This document shows positions 35,927 to 44,778 of a stretch of DNA of 64,000 bases, one piece after another. The notes beneath the pieces are model-generated. The model saw only the letters and a program-made list of their open reading frames with translations. It had not been told where the DNA came from and ran no database searches. The translations under genes and the position numbers were made by a program. How positions within the stretch are numbered: position 1 is the first letter of the stretch; every line of letters begins with the position of its first letter. This DNA is from a virus. The stretch covers positions 22,260 through 86,259 of the IMG/VR virus record IMGVR_UViG_3300048790_000078. The stretch is one strand, 5' to 3'.

Positions 35927-36637
35927 TTAATAGTCCGGATCGTCAGGAGTCAGCAGACCGCGAGAGGGAAGCTTCGCTGGAACGATCTTCGCTGGCGGTG
36001 CGATCGGCGGCGCTTCGGACGGTTCCTCGGCGGCGAACAGGCCTTCCTGGACTGCTTCCTCGTCGAACGTGGCGATCGTGATCTCCACCCTGGGCCGCGC
36101 GGAGTCCTTCAGAAGCCGGCTGCCGTCCGTGGATTTGATCTGTGAATCGTCCAGGATGATGCCCATACCTTCTCGGCTCTGCCTCCCTTGGTGGAGCGGC
36201 CGTCGACACTCCGAGCACTTCACCCCGGCGACCGTTGGTGAGAGCGTCTTCTTTTTGCATACCGCGCAGGGGAAGGCGTACATCGGTGCCTGCAGTCCGT
36301 CTGCGATCGCGTCGTAATACCCGAACAAATCGCCCACTGCGGCCTTCCTGAAGATCAACATCTTGACCGAAACAGGGACATCGATCGGCAGCTTTACGCC
36401 AGCCTTCTGCAAGGCAAATCGGATCGCAGGAGCCTGAAGGATTGCTTCGTCCAGCCACTTCTTGAAAGCGTCAGACGGCAACAGCTTATTGAATCCGCTG
36501 GCCCGGCCAACCTCTTGACCGCATTCCGAGCACTTCCGGTATTCCTCGGTGCGCTTGCCCGGAATATGCACAATGTTCGGACTGTTTTTTTTGGTCCGTG
36601 GAATTCCTTCGACAACCAGACGGCAAATCTCGCTCAT
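35927..36637 (-). CDS. RusA-like Holliday junction resolvase with Zn-ribbon inserts
   Basis: EGIPRTKKNS...DLFGYYDAIADGL...GIILDDSQI...PRVEITI. Confidence 0.75.
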   Translation of the reverse strand: MSEICRLVVEGIPRTKKNSPNIVHIPGKRTEEYRKCSECGQEVGRASGFNKLLPSDAFKKWLDEAILQAPAIRFALQKAGVKLPIDVPVSVKMLIFRKAAVGDLFGYYDAIADGLQAPMYAFPCAVCKKKTLSPTVAGVKCSECRRPLHQGRQSREGMGIILDDSQIKSTDGSRLLKDSARPRVEITIATFDEEAVQEGLFAAEEPSEAPPIAPPAKIVPAKLPSRGLLTPDDPDY

Positions 36638-36852
36638 GAAGCCTCGGTAACGCAAGCGGTCGCTTCAGTTCCGTTCTCTTCATTTTCCTGGTGCTGCCAG
36701 AACTGTGCTAGCGCGGCCTGTTTCCGTAGCTCCGTAAGCTCGGCGAGAAGATCGTTTATTTCTTCCGTGTTCGAGTGTGAGCCTTGAATGTGGCCAAACA
36801 GCCACGAAAGAAAGCACGCGACCAGCCACGCGATACCAACGATTACTTGCAC
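36634..36852 (-). CDS. TM plus coiled-coil small protein
   Basis: Hydrophobic N-terminus, heptad C-terminus. Confidence 0.45.
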   Translation of the reverse strand: MQVIVGIAWLVACFLSWLFGHIQGSHSNTEEINDLLAELTELRKQAALAQFWQHQENEENGTEATACVTEAS

Positions 36853-37043
36853 GCGCGCTCCACGGCTACGATGCGGGTCTGGCACATGCCGAGATCGATA
36901 GCGTGACGGATCAGCCGGTGCTTCATGGCGTAGATTGCCGCGTTGCAGTCGGTCATGTTCCGCCGCTGGTCGTGACTGACCCGGGCGAAGCTGTTCAGCT
37001 TGGCGACCGCCGGAAGTGCTTCGAGGATCTGACGCTCGGTCAC
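36843..37043 (-). CDS. Hypothetical protein
   Basis: GTGA coupling. Confidence 0.5.
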   Translation of the reverse strand: MTERQILEALPAVAKLNSFARVSHDQRRNMTDCNAAIYAMKHRLIRHAIDLGMCQTRIVAVERACK

Positions 37044-37270
37044 AGTTTGAGTTTCTCCTTTGAGTGCTTCGGGCAGACATCCGTATCCGGTTCCGTGTGC
37101 ACCGCGCAGCCACCACATAGCGGCTTGTCGCATGTCTTCCCGCCGCCCATTGGGAAGTCGCACAGCTTGTCACCGGGCTTGCCACAGACCGAGCACGGCT
37201 TACTCCGACTACGACCGCCGCAGACGATTGCAAACTTCCCGTTGGCAAAGCCAACCGTTCGGCACGGCAT
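37040..37270 (-). CDS. Cys-rich Zn-finger protein
   Basis: CSVC...CDFP...TCDKPLCGGC...CPKH. Confidence 0.75.
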   Translation of the reverse strand: MPCRTVGFANGKFAIVCGGRSRSKPCSVCGKPGDKLCDFPMGGGKTCDKPLCGGCAVHTEPDTDVCPKHSKEKLKL

Positions 37271-37452
37271 CAGATCTCCTCGCTGGCTTTCTCAGCCTTA
37301 AGCAAATCGATGGCCCGCGAAGCCTCCGCGACCGTCAGTTCGTCGGCATAGGACTTTCCGGGGAACCGAAGCTGAATCCAGCCGCGCCGCTGCGCACTGG
37401 TGTCGTAACCGCAATCAACGAAGAGGATGGCCAGGAACTCGGCCTGTGTCAT
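37270..37452 (-). CDS. Hypothetical protein
   Basis: ELTVAEASRAIDLLK motif. Confidence 0.6.
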   Translation of the reverse strand: MTQAEFLAILFVDCGYDTSAQRRGWIQLRFPGKSYADELTVAEASRAIDLLKAEKASEEI

Positions 37453-37457
37453 CTTGC

Positions 37458-38243
37458 TCAAAGCTCTACGACCTCCGTTCTCCTGTCCTGCGCGGCGATC
37501 GTCAGGCTGGCGTTCGACCCGCGCCGCAACAGCGCTTCCTGTGCCCGCTCCCGAACTGCCGCCGGATCGTTGCAAGTTCGACTCAAATGGGCCAACATGA
37601 CGTGGCGCACAGCCCGCCCCAGGTCACCGCGGAGGTACTCTTCGGTGTCGCCGTTCGACAGATGCCCGAGCTCGCCAGAGACCCGCAGCTTGACGTTGTG
37701 CGGGTGCGGTCCGGCCATCAGCATCGCCAGATCGTGATTGGACTCGATCATCAGTGCGTCGATACTGCGGAAGGTCCAGCGGAGCGCGTCCGGGATGTAC
37801 CCGAGGTCTGTCGCTACCCCGATCTTCGCGTGGTTCGATTCGACGATGAAGCCCACGGCGTCAACGCAGTCGTGCGGAACACTCCATGGCTGGATCCGCA
37901 GATCGCCAACCTCGAACGCCTTACCCGCCTCGAAGTACCGCACCGGCGGCCGCTCCAGATCGCCCCACTTGATGAGCGCATTGGTCGCCTCGGTCACATA
38001 CACCGGAAGCGCCACGCCTCTGCTGATGCAGTGCCGGACAGCCCGCACTACTCCTGAGACATGATCGGTGTGCGCGTGCGACAGAACGATCCCGGACAGG
38101 CCTTCAATGGTCTCGCCGATCTCGCGGAGTCGCGCTGCCAGCGTCTTCATGGGTAGGCCGTTGTCTATGAGGATCTTCGTGGTGCCGCTCGACAAGAACG
38201 TCGCGTTGCCGGCCGACCCGCTCGCGAGAGAACATAGTCTCAC
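37458..38243 (-). CDS. MBL-fold metallohydrolase, YycJ/WalJ-like nuclease
   Basis: LASGSAGN, SHAHTDH, VPHD, ATDLG, IESNHD, GHLSN, LAHLS. Confidence 0.9.
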   Translation of the reverse strand: MRLCSLASGSAGNATFLSSGTTKILIDNGLPMKTLAARLREIGETIEGLSGIVLSHAHTDHVSGVVRAVRHCISRGVALPVYVTEATNALIKWGDLERPPVRYFEAGKAFEVGDLRIQPWSVPHDCVDAVGFIVESNHAKIGVATDLGYIPDALRWTFRSIDALMIESNHDLAMLMAGPHPHNVKLRVSGELGHLSNGDTEEYLRGDLGRAVRHVMLAHLSRTCNDPAAVRERAQEALLRRGSNASLTIAAQDRRTEVVEL

Positions 38244-38461
38244 AAGGCCGCCGCCTTCGATGTATGGAATGGCGGGTTGGGTATTTCCTCAACCGTGCAG
38301 CGGAAGAACCGGCAAAGCTCTGACTCCAGTTCCGCGGTGTCGTTGGTCGCAGCAATCCAGCCACGCGCCTGCATGTCCCTGATCGGGTACTCGAAGAGCA
38401 ACCTGTCCGGTAGCTGCCGCTTGCAGGGCTGCGCGAGACAGAAGTGGGTACCTTCAGCCAT
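38240..38461 (-). CDS. Hypothetical protein
   Basis: Coupled ORF. Confidence 0.55.
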   Translation of the reverse strand: MAEGTHFCLAQPCKRQLPDRLLFEYPIRDMQARGWIAATNDTAELESELCRFFRCTVEEIPNPPFHTSKAAAL

Positions 38462-38798
38462 TTCCGTTCTCTCCGTACATGTCCGCCCGCATCTCTGCGG
38501 CGGCTTTCTGGATCTCTTCCTTCGTGTCTTCCTTTAATCGTTCTGCAGGCGGCATGTAATCGTTGTACGCTTTGCGGAACGCCGGGTCGCAGAACTGAAG
38601 TACCAGCTTGCAGTCTCGAATAAACTGCTGCTTCCCTGCTTCGTCGAGAGAGGCGAAGTAGCTCATGGACCGCTCGTACTCGGTCGGATCGGCCTTACGG
38701 CGCCGCCCGGCGTCAATACGCTTCTTGCGGACCTTCCGGGGCTTTACTGTGCCGGTAGCTTCGAGGAGCGGGTGTGGTTGAGTTTCAGTGTCGGTCAT
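38454..38798 (-). CDS. Hypothetical basic protein
   Basis: RKKRIDAGRRR motif. Confidence 0.6.
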   Translation of the reverse strand: MTDTETQPHPLLEATGTVKPRKVRKKRIDAGRRRKADPTEYERSMSYFASLDEAGKQQFIRDCKLVLQFCDPAFRKAYNDYMPPAERLKEDTKEEIQKAAAEMRADMYGENGNG

Positions 38799-38935
38799 TT
38801 TGTGTCAAACCTCGTCTGACAGCGCGGGCATTTCATGGACCCGCCTGGTTTCCGCGTCTTCCAAACGTGCTTGCAGGACGGTGACGGACAGGTGGCTATC
38901 TCGGCCTGTCCCATCTGCTTTAACTTGGGCTTCAT
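38795..38935 (-). CDS. 46-aa Zn-ribbon protein
   Basis: Manual translation MKPKLKQMGQAEIATCPSPSCKHVWKTRKPGGSMKCPRCQTRF; ATGA overlap. Confidence 0.65.
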   Translation of the reverse strand: MKPKLKQMGQAEIATCPSPSCKHVWKTRKPGGSMKCPRCQTRFDTK

Positions 38936-38944
38936 GCTTTGACT

Positions 38945-38973
38945 AGACTACGGTAGAGTGGTCAACTTGTCAA
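38945..38973 (-). promoter_or_regulatory. Sigma70 promoter
   Basis: TTGACA-17 bp-TAGTCT, 10 bp before ATG 38935. Confidence 0.6.
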
Positions 38974-39338
38974 GCGCCGCGAAGCAACTCGAACAGAGCG
39001 AAGTGCGCCGCCGCTTCCTTCTCTCGTGAGAAGCCGTAGCGTTTCTCAAAGTCTGGCCAGCCAATCGAATGCTGCTGTTCATGATGAAACCTGCACAAAG
39101 GGACCGCCCCGCTATCTGTGCCCTTCAAGCCCTTCCCCGCGCTCGGACCATGGGCGGGGTCAATCGGGTAGCTATGGTACTCGCCTTCGCCCGACACGAG
39201 ACATTCCCGCTCCTTCAGCCAATCGAGATACGGACGGCACCTGAAGACGGTGGTTCGCCGCGGCTTCGCGCGCTTCGCCCGTATCGGCTTCGTCGCCTTT
39301 GGCATCGGAGTGCGCCGGAGTGGACCGCCGCGCTTCAC
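38970..39338 (-). CDS. DUF968-like putative HNH nuclease
   Basis: YLDWLKERECLVSG...DPAH...VPLCRFHHEQQHSIG. Confidence 0.75.
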   Translation of the reverse strand: MKRGGPLRRTPMPKATKPIRAKRAKPRRTTVFRCRPYLDWLKERECLVSGEGEYHSYPIDPAHGPSAGKGLKGTDSGAVPLCRFHHEQQHSIGWPDFEKRYGFSREKEAAAHFALFELLRGA

Positions 39339-39613
39339 CGGATAGACTCCAGGTGTCCACGTCCAGCTTGCGTGATGCGCCATCCCCAACTACTGCTGCC
39401 GGACGTCCACTCCACGTAACCGCTACCTGCAAGACGCCTGAGTATCCTGGACGCGCTCCCGCCGAAACCCTGGGATGTCATTTGAACGCCTGGCCATATT
39501 TCCATCCCAATGGCATTTGCCGGAATCAGTTCGCGTCTGTCTTTTGTCGCAAGATACGTCAGGGCACGCAATGTGGCAGTGGCGAGATCCACTGGATATC
39601 CAACGCGCCTCAC
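39335..39613 (-). CDS. Winged-helix-like protein
   Basis: SRILRRLAGSGYVE...WRITQAGR. Confidence 0.55.
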   Translation of the reverse strand: MRRVGYPVDLATATLRALTYLATKDRRELIPANAIGMEIWPGVQMTSQGFGGSASRILRRLAGSGYVEWTSGSSSWGWRITQAGRGHLESIR

Positions 39614-39948
39614 AACACCGTCTCCCAGAGCGCCCGCGCCGGCCGCTTCTTGTCTGGCTCCAGATTCACCTTGGGGCGCTTGAAACAACCTGTCGCCGCC
39701 GACTTCGCCTCTTCCATCGTCTTCCCCACCGCGAACGCATACGGGCCGTGTTTGGCCGGGTAGAACAGGTGCTCCCTGTAGGCGCCAAATGTGCCCGGCG
39801 TTTGCTTTACTCCCATCGGCCAATCTTGTGGAGCATCTTCCGGGATCTCATGGACGTACACCACGAACTCGCCGCTGCAGAAATACTGCACGCCGGAAGA
39901 ATCCGACCCGGTTGACCAGTCGATGAAGGTTGCCCGCTCAGTCTGCAT
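39610..39948 (-). CDS. Hypothetical protein
   Basis: GGAG RBS; overlaps the dnaB stop. Confidence 0.55.
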   Translation of the reverse strand: MQTERATFIDWSTGSDSSGVQYFCSGEFVVYVHEIPEDAPQDWPMGVKQTPGTFGAYREHLFYPAKHGPYAFAVGKTMEEAKSAATGCFKRPKVNLEPDKKRPARALWETVL

Positions 39949-42607
39949 GTTGCCACTCCTGTTGCTCTGGTGGAATATCCCCGAGATCTTCCGCTCTGCT
40001 CTCGAACTTTTGCATTGCTGCCATCCACGCGAGATCGATCGTCCCAACGCTTCCGTTGCGCTGCTTTGCGAGAATAAGTTCTGCCAGCCCGCGAAGATCT
40101 TCGCGATCTTTTTTGTACATCTCCTCGCGAAAGATGAACGCCACTAGGTCAGCATCCTGCTCCAGTGAGTTGTGGACATAGATGTCGTTGGCTACATAGT
40201 TTTCATTTCCCGGTACCGTCAAATCGAACGTCTCCTGAACACCGGACGGCTCTACTGAGACCACCTCATCCCAGTAGATATCGCTGGCTGCTAGCTTTCC
40301 GAGTCGTTCGCATCCAGATGCCGATGCGAACTTTGCGGCCCGCTCACGGCTCATGTTTTGATGGTGGGTAGAAACTCCAGAATAAGAACAACCTGACAAC
40401 TCCGCCAGTTGCCGCGAATCGAGTCCTTTGGAACGCATCGCTGCGTCCACCTCAGTCCACATAGAGGCAGGGATAATGTCGCGATTCGTATTGTGCTCGA
40501 TCATGTCCAGATGCTCGACGATAAGCTCCAGTTGACGCTTGTGTCTCTCGCTCATGGCACCTATAGAGTTGGCGAACCGTGTCATGTCCGGCTTCCCGCT
40601 GAGGGTAACGTGATAATTCACAAGGCCTTTTTTCTGCGGTACAGGAACAGTCCTTGCATTGATAGACAACCTCAGCAGCGCCGATTGAATCTGGCAGGCC
40701 AGCTTCTGACTGCTGGTGGAGTAATAAACATTCGGCCCGTCGTCGAATGAAATACAGCCATCCGTTGACCATAGATGAGCAAGAAACTTTGCGATGGCCG
40801 TTACTGGCTGCATAAATATAGCTTCCGGCATCTTCTTGTCCGGCGCCCTCAACCCGAACAGTCCCATCGGTTCAAGCCACGCCCGCACAGGCGTCATACG
40901 GCCACGTGCTAACCGAAATGAAGCTGACAGGTAAACCTGTATCCATGTTCTCTCCCGTGAAATGCGCGGAGAGATACGGTCGCCAAACATTCGGCTGGCG
41001 CACGCTGCCACCATATCGGCGAGTTCTGGATGCGGGGTCGTGTACTGCACAATATGCCGCGGAAGGGTACATCCATTACCGATCAGATGCCCGAGGAGCA
41101 TCAACTCGTCGTCAGACATCGTTTGAGACTGCGAGCATGCTCTTGTAACGCGAGGCACGCCAATTCTCGTCCCCGTAGTGATTTCATCAAGCCTGAGCCA
41201 CCCCTGGAAGCCCATAAATTTCTGGTTGGCGGTAGCGACAATGGAGCGCCCGAGCTGAGTAGTAAGTCTGAAAGTTGGCTTCATCCCTGTGCTGAACGCC
41301 CGCACAGCAATGCCACACTCCTGCTTTAGCGTATCCTTCCCGCTCGTCAAAACAGGTAAAGGCCCCATGTTTAGCGTTGAGGATATTTCGAGGCGCGCGC
41401 CTGATGAGGCGACCGTCACAAGAGACGCTCCTGCCAGACAGCCAGACTCCTTCAGGTCAATCAGCCGCGGCCGCATGTCGCCGGTCCGCTTCTCGCTCTC
41501 CCTGCTCACCTGGGACAGCGCCACGATCGCCATGTCGAGCTGGTCCGACCCGGTGAGCATCTTCAGCCCGCGGGAGATCTTTGAGACCTCCTGGTTCCGG
41601 CTCTCGCCCTTGCCTGCCATCAACTGCAGGTAGTCGATCACCGCCAGGCAGAACTTGATCTTGTTTTTCTGCTGGCACTGCCGGACCTTCGCGTGGAAGT
41701 CCATCACCGTAAGATTCGAGGAATCGTCCACGTAAAGCGGGGTGTCGACGATCCGGTTGGCGGCCTCGCGTAGCTTCGCGATTTCCTGCTGATTTAGATA
41801 CCCGGCCCGGAGCCGGTGCGAGTCGATCCGCGCCACACTGCACAATAACCGCAGCATGAGGCTTTCGGTGGACATCTCCAGCGCGAAGACGGCCACAGGC
41901 TCGTTATACCGCGATGCCACGTTCCATGCCATGTTCAGGGAGAAGGCACTTTTGCCAGCGCCGGGTCTTGCGGCCAACAGCATCAGTTCGCCGCTTCGCA
42001 GCCCGCCGGTCATCTCGTCGAACTTCGCGAAGCCGATCTGGCGGCCGTTCTCTCGGGTATGCGGTTGGACGAAGCTCTGAAGTCCGCCCGGGAATCCGCG
42101 GAGGTACTCGCCGGCCGAGACAAGGCCGCCGCCGGCCTTCTGCCGTCCCTCTCCGATCCCCATGAACGCTTCCCCGGCGCCAGCGAGGATCTCGTCTGGT
42201 GACTCCTGAGCCAGCAAGGCCCGGTTCCGGATGTGCTCCGAGGTGTGGATGATCCGCCGGAGCGAGGCCTTGTCCTTGATGATTTTGATGTAGCTCGACA
42301 GGTCGCGGACGTGGGGCATGCCCTCTTCCATCGAGAGGAGCCCCGACAGCCCGCCGGCGGATTCCAGTTCTTTGTGCCGCATCAACTCTTCGGCGATTTC
42401 GACGCGGCCGATCTTCTCCCCGCGCTCGGCCAGATCCACCAGGCGGGCGAAGATCAGACGATGCGCGTTCAGGGAAAACAAGTCCGCATGCAGTTCACCG
42501 GCAATCTCGCTGAATCGTTCGCCGTCGATCAGGACAGATGCGAGGACGAACTGTTCAGCCTGACGGCTCTCGGGGAGTCCGCGATCTAATTCGATGTCAG
42601 GCCGCAT
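39938..42607 (-). CDS. dnaB: Replicative DNA helicase DnaB precursor containing an intein
   Basis: AARPGAGKS, FALEMS, VIDYLQL, ALSQVSR, LKESG|...|SLEQDAD, AKQRNG. Confidence 0.96.
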   Translation of the reverse strand: MRPDIELDRGLPESRQAEQFVLASVLIDGERFSEIAGELHADLFSLNAHRLIFARLVDLAERGEKIGRVEIAEELMRHKELESAGGLSGLLSMEEGMPHVRDLSSYIKIIKDKASLRRIIHTSEHIRNRALLAQESPDEILAGAGEAFMGIGEGRQKAGGGLVSAGEYLRGFPGGLQSFVQPHTRENGRQIGFAKFDEMTGGLRSGELMLLAARPGAGKSAFSLNMAWNVASRYNEPVAVFALEMSTESLMLRLLCSVARIDSHRLRAGYLNQQEIAKLREAANRIVDTPLYVDDSSNLTVMDFHAKVRQCQQKNKIKFCLAVIDYLQLMAGKGESRNQEVSKISRGLKMLTGSDQLDMAIVALSQVSRESEKRTGDMRPRLIDLKESGCLAGASLVTVASSGARLEISSTLNMGPLPVLTSGKDTLKQECGIAVRAFSTGMKPTFRLTTQLGRSIVATANQKFMGFQGWLRLDEITTGTRIGVPRVTRACSQSQTMSDDELMLLGHLIGNGCTLPRHIVQYTTPHPELADMVAACASRMFGDRISPRISRERTWIQVYLSASFRLARGRMTPVRAWLEPMGLFGLRAPDKKMPEAIFMQPVTAIAKFLAHLWSTDGCISFDDGPNVYYSTSSQKLACQIQSALLRLSINARTVPVPQKKGLVNYHVTLSGKPDMTRFANSIGAMSERHKRQLELIVEHLDMIEHNTNRDIIPASMWTEVDAAMRSKGLDSRQLAELSGCSYSGVSTHHQNMSRERAAKFASASGCERLGKLAASDIYWDEVVSVEPSGVQETFDLTVPGNENYVANDIYVHNSLEQDADLVAFIFREEMYKKDREDLRGLAELILAKQRNGSVGTIDLAWMAAMQKFESRAEDLGDIPPEQQEWQHAD
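40169..41440 (-). mobile_element. DnaB intein (424 aa) with LAGLIDADG domain
   Basis: CLAGASLV... to ...FDLTVPGNENYVANDIYVHN|S at the ESG/SLEQ site. Confidence 0.95.
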
Positions 42608-43067
42608 GTGCGCGTGGACTCCTATAGGCGACAGCCTCCGTCAACGCCCTCTCGGGTGTCCAGCCTTTTTTTATCCTCAGCCTGATGACATATGCCGGGA
42701 TCGCTACACGATCAGACCAGTCAGCAATACATAAGTTCTCGCCGTTGTGCTCTATAAGGCGATTGGCCTTTGTATTGCGATTCTGTTGGCTTGGTGTAGC
42801 CCACCGGACGTTTCCAGGTTCATAATTTCCTGCTTTGTTTGGGAATCTATCCAAACTGTGGAGGGAAGTTGGCTTGCGACCAACTGCGGCAAGAAAAGAC
42901 GTAAAACAGACCCTCCACTCTTCGCAGACAATTACGCCCGCGCCGCCATAGCGATTGTAGGCACAATGCTTTGTGTTGTAGCACCGAGCCTTCATTGACA
43001 GCCATGCAATATACTCTCGGCTGTAACCTGAACTATGCACACTTTCACCGTGCTTTCTGATAAACAA
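42597..43067 (-). CDS. HNH homing endonuclease
   Basis: AWLSMKARC...YGGAG...SLDRFPNKAGNYEPGNVRWAT; low GC. Confidence 0.85.
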   Translation of the reverse strand: MFIRKHGESVHSSGYSREYIAWLSMKARCYNTKHCAYNRYGGAGVIVCEEWRVCFTSFLAAVGRKPTSLHSLDRFPNKAGNYEPGNVRWATPSQQNRNTKANRLIEHNGENLCIADWSDRVAIPAYVIRLRIKKGWTPERALTEAVAYRSPRAHAA

Positions 43068-43096
43068 CCAGTCCCCGCTTCCGGCTTATAGCCTGA

Positions 43097-43231
43097 TTAA
43101 ATTGCCGCCACTTCAGTGAACCGCTCCCCGTCGAGGATGATCGATCCGAGGAGGAACCGCTCGGCGTCGAGCGCCTGCGGAAGTCCGCGATCCAGCGGAG
43201 AGGTGTCCGACGGTGCTCCGTTCCTGCTCAT
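43097..43231 (-). pseudogene. Orphan 5' fragment of dnaB (44 aa)
   Basis: LDRGLPQALDAERFLLGSIILDGERFTEVA aligns with the DnaB N-terminus LDRGLPESRQAEQFVLASVLIDGERFSEIA. Confidence 0.85.
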
Positions 43232-43944
43232 CGGGCATGCCTGTTCGTACTTGTCCAGGTATCTTCCGCGCCATCCTTGTGCGCGGCCACCCACTCGCGC
43301 ATGTAGCGGCACAGTTCGATGTGCCATTCGACCTGACGGTTCCGATAATCACCAGCCTTGAATCGCCCGCTGGTCATATCGGCGTGATGCGCCATCTTCA
43401 GATACTCGTGGATCTCGCCGGTCCAGTTCGCCATCAGCAGATAGAGCCAGCGGGGAGTGAGCGTAATCGCCAGTTTATCGGCGACACAAAGCCGGGAGAA
43501 CGGGAGTCCGAGGCGCTTCGCAAAATACCGCGAATGGAGCAAGCTGAAATCGTGCCAGCGATAACGCGGCCGACGCAACAGCGTGAATGAGTTCTCGCAT
43601 ATAACGATCTCCCATCCGGCGATCAGCAACGCATTGAATTCCTGAGTGTTTACGCGCCACGGAACACCCTTCCCGCCGTGCGACCATTCCATCCACTCGA
43701 AATCGTATGGCCTTCTGTCGAACAGGCTCTGCATGATTCTTGCCCCTACAGTCGGGTGCTCCTCGCCTTCCGGGCCGTCCATGTTCGGCTTGCAGAGATA
43801 GCCGATGTCATGGACAAAGAATGCCACCCACAAGCGCGGATCGAACGGGAAGCCGTAGAGCCTCCACCATGCCGCCGCGACGAACCACGGGTGCAGGAAA
43901 AAGCAGTGCGCCCCGAATAAAACTGACTTTGTTCCGACTCTCAT
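43228..43944 (-). CDS. HD-like domain protein
   Basis: H...VHDIGY...EEH...LLHSR...VADK. Confidence 0.6.
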   Translation of the reverse strand: MRVGTKSVLFGAHCFFLHPWFVAAAWWRLYGFPFDPRLWVAFFVHDIGYLCKPNMDGPEGEEHPTVGARIMQSLFDRRPYDFEWMEWSHGGKGVPWRVNTQEFNALLIAGWEIVICENSFTLLRRPRYRWHDFSLLHSRYFAKRLGLPFSRLCVADKLAITLTPRWLYLLMANWTGEIHEYLKMAHHADMTSGRFKAGDYRNRQVEWHIELCRYMREWVAAHKDGAEDTWTSTNRHAR

Positions 43945-44131
43945 CGCTCTGGCACCCACGCCGCCGTCTCCGAATCCCATTTCACAAACCTGCCTCCCTT
44001 TCCGTCGTACACCGGCTTACTACAGTCGGCCTTCGCTTCGTGCTCCGCGACCTGCTTCAGCGCTTCCTCTGCCGTTGCAGCCTCAAACGTGCGGCAACAG
44101 GTCCGGCAGTGCATCTGGTGACTTCCGCCGT

Positions 44132-44377
44132 TCACGGCTGCACCCTGACTTTCCGCTTGTAGTCCACCATCCACGACCGGCAGGAACTGGCAGGGCGGGC
44201 TGGCCAGATGAAATCGAACTCCTTGAGGTCCACGGGCGGATCCAGCGCGTCGCCTTGGATGAATCGGAACGGGTACCTCGACTGTGGCCGGATGTCGATC
44301 CCGGTCACGTCGAACCCGGCGCGATGCAGGCCCATACCGGCCCCGCCAGCGCAGCAGAAAAGATCGAGTGCCATCAC
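44132..44377 (-). pseudogene. Truncated or frameshifted C5-cytosine DNA methyltransferase
   Basis: ALDLFCCAGG (motif I); ASPPCQ (motif IV) lies in a shifted frame and later motifs are absent. Confidence 0.75.
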
Positions 44378-44778
44378 AGTCCCTTCCTCCCCACCAGCGC
44401 CCGCTCACATACCGCGATCTCGGAAGGGTGAACGCTGAGCACGCCGCCGGAATACGGCCCACTGATGAACTCCACCTGGAAGTTTGCCGAATCGTTCCGG
44501 TCGGCGACAAAGCCCTCCGATTCCCCGACGCGAACCAGGTCACCGATGTTGAACGACACGCCCCGGTATTTCTTCGTGTGCTCGAATGCGGGCGTGTTGC
44601 GCGGCGCTCCAAGCATACGCACATTCACGTCCATCAGCTTGATATCCGGCCACGGCTCCCGAACGTGAATCCAGTGCCGGTACCGCGCTTTGGATCGGGT
44701 CAGTGCGTGGACGGTCGTTTCTCCCCAATCGGAGCCCTTGACGGAACACGCGAATGCTCTCAGTTTCAGTTCGCTCAC
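44374..44778 (-). CDS. Hypothetical protein
   Basis: Coupled on both sides. Confidence 0.65.
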   Translation of the reverse strand: MSELKLRAFACSVKGSDWGETTVHALTRSKARYRHWIHVREPWPDIKLMDVNVRMLGAPRNTPAFEHTKKYRGVSFNIGDLVRVGESEGFVADRNDSANFQVEFISGPYSGGVLSVHPSEIAVCERALVGRKGL

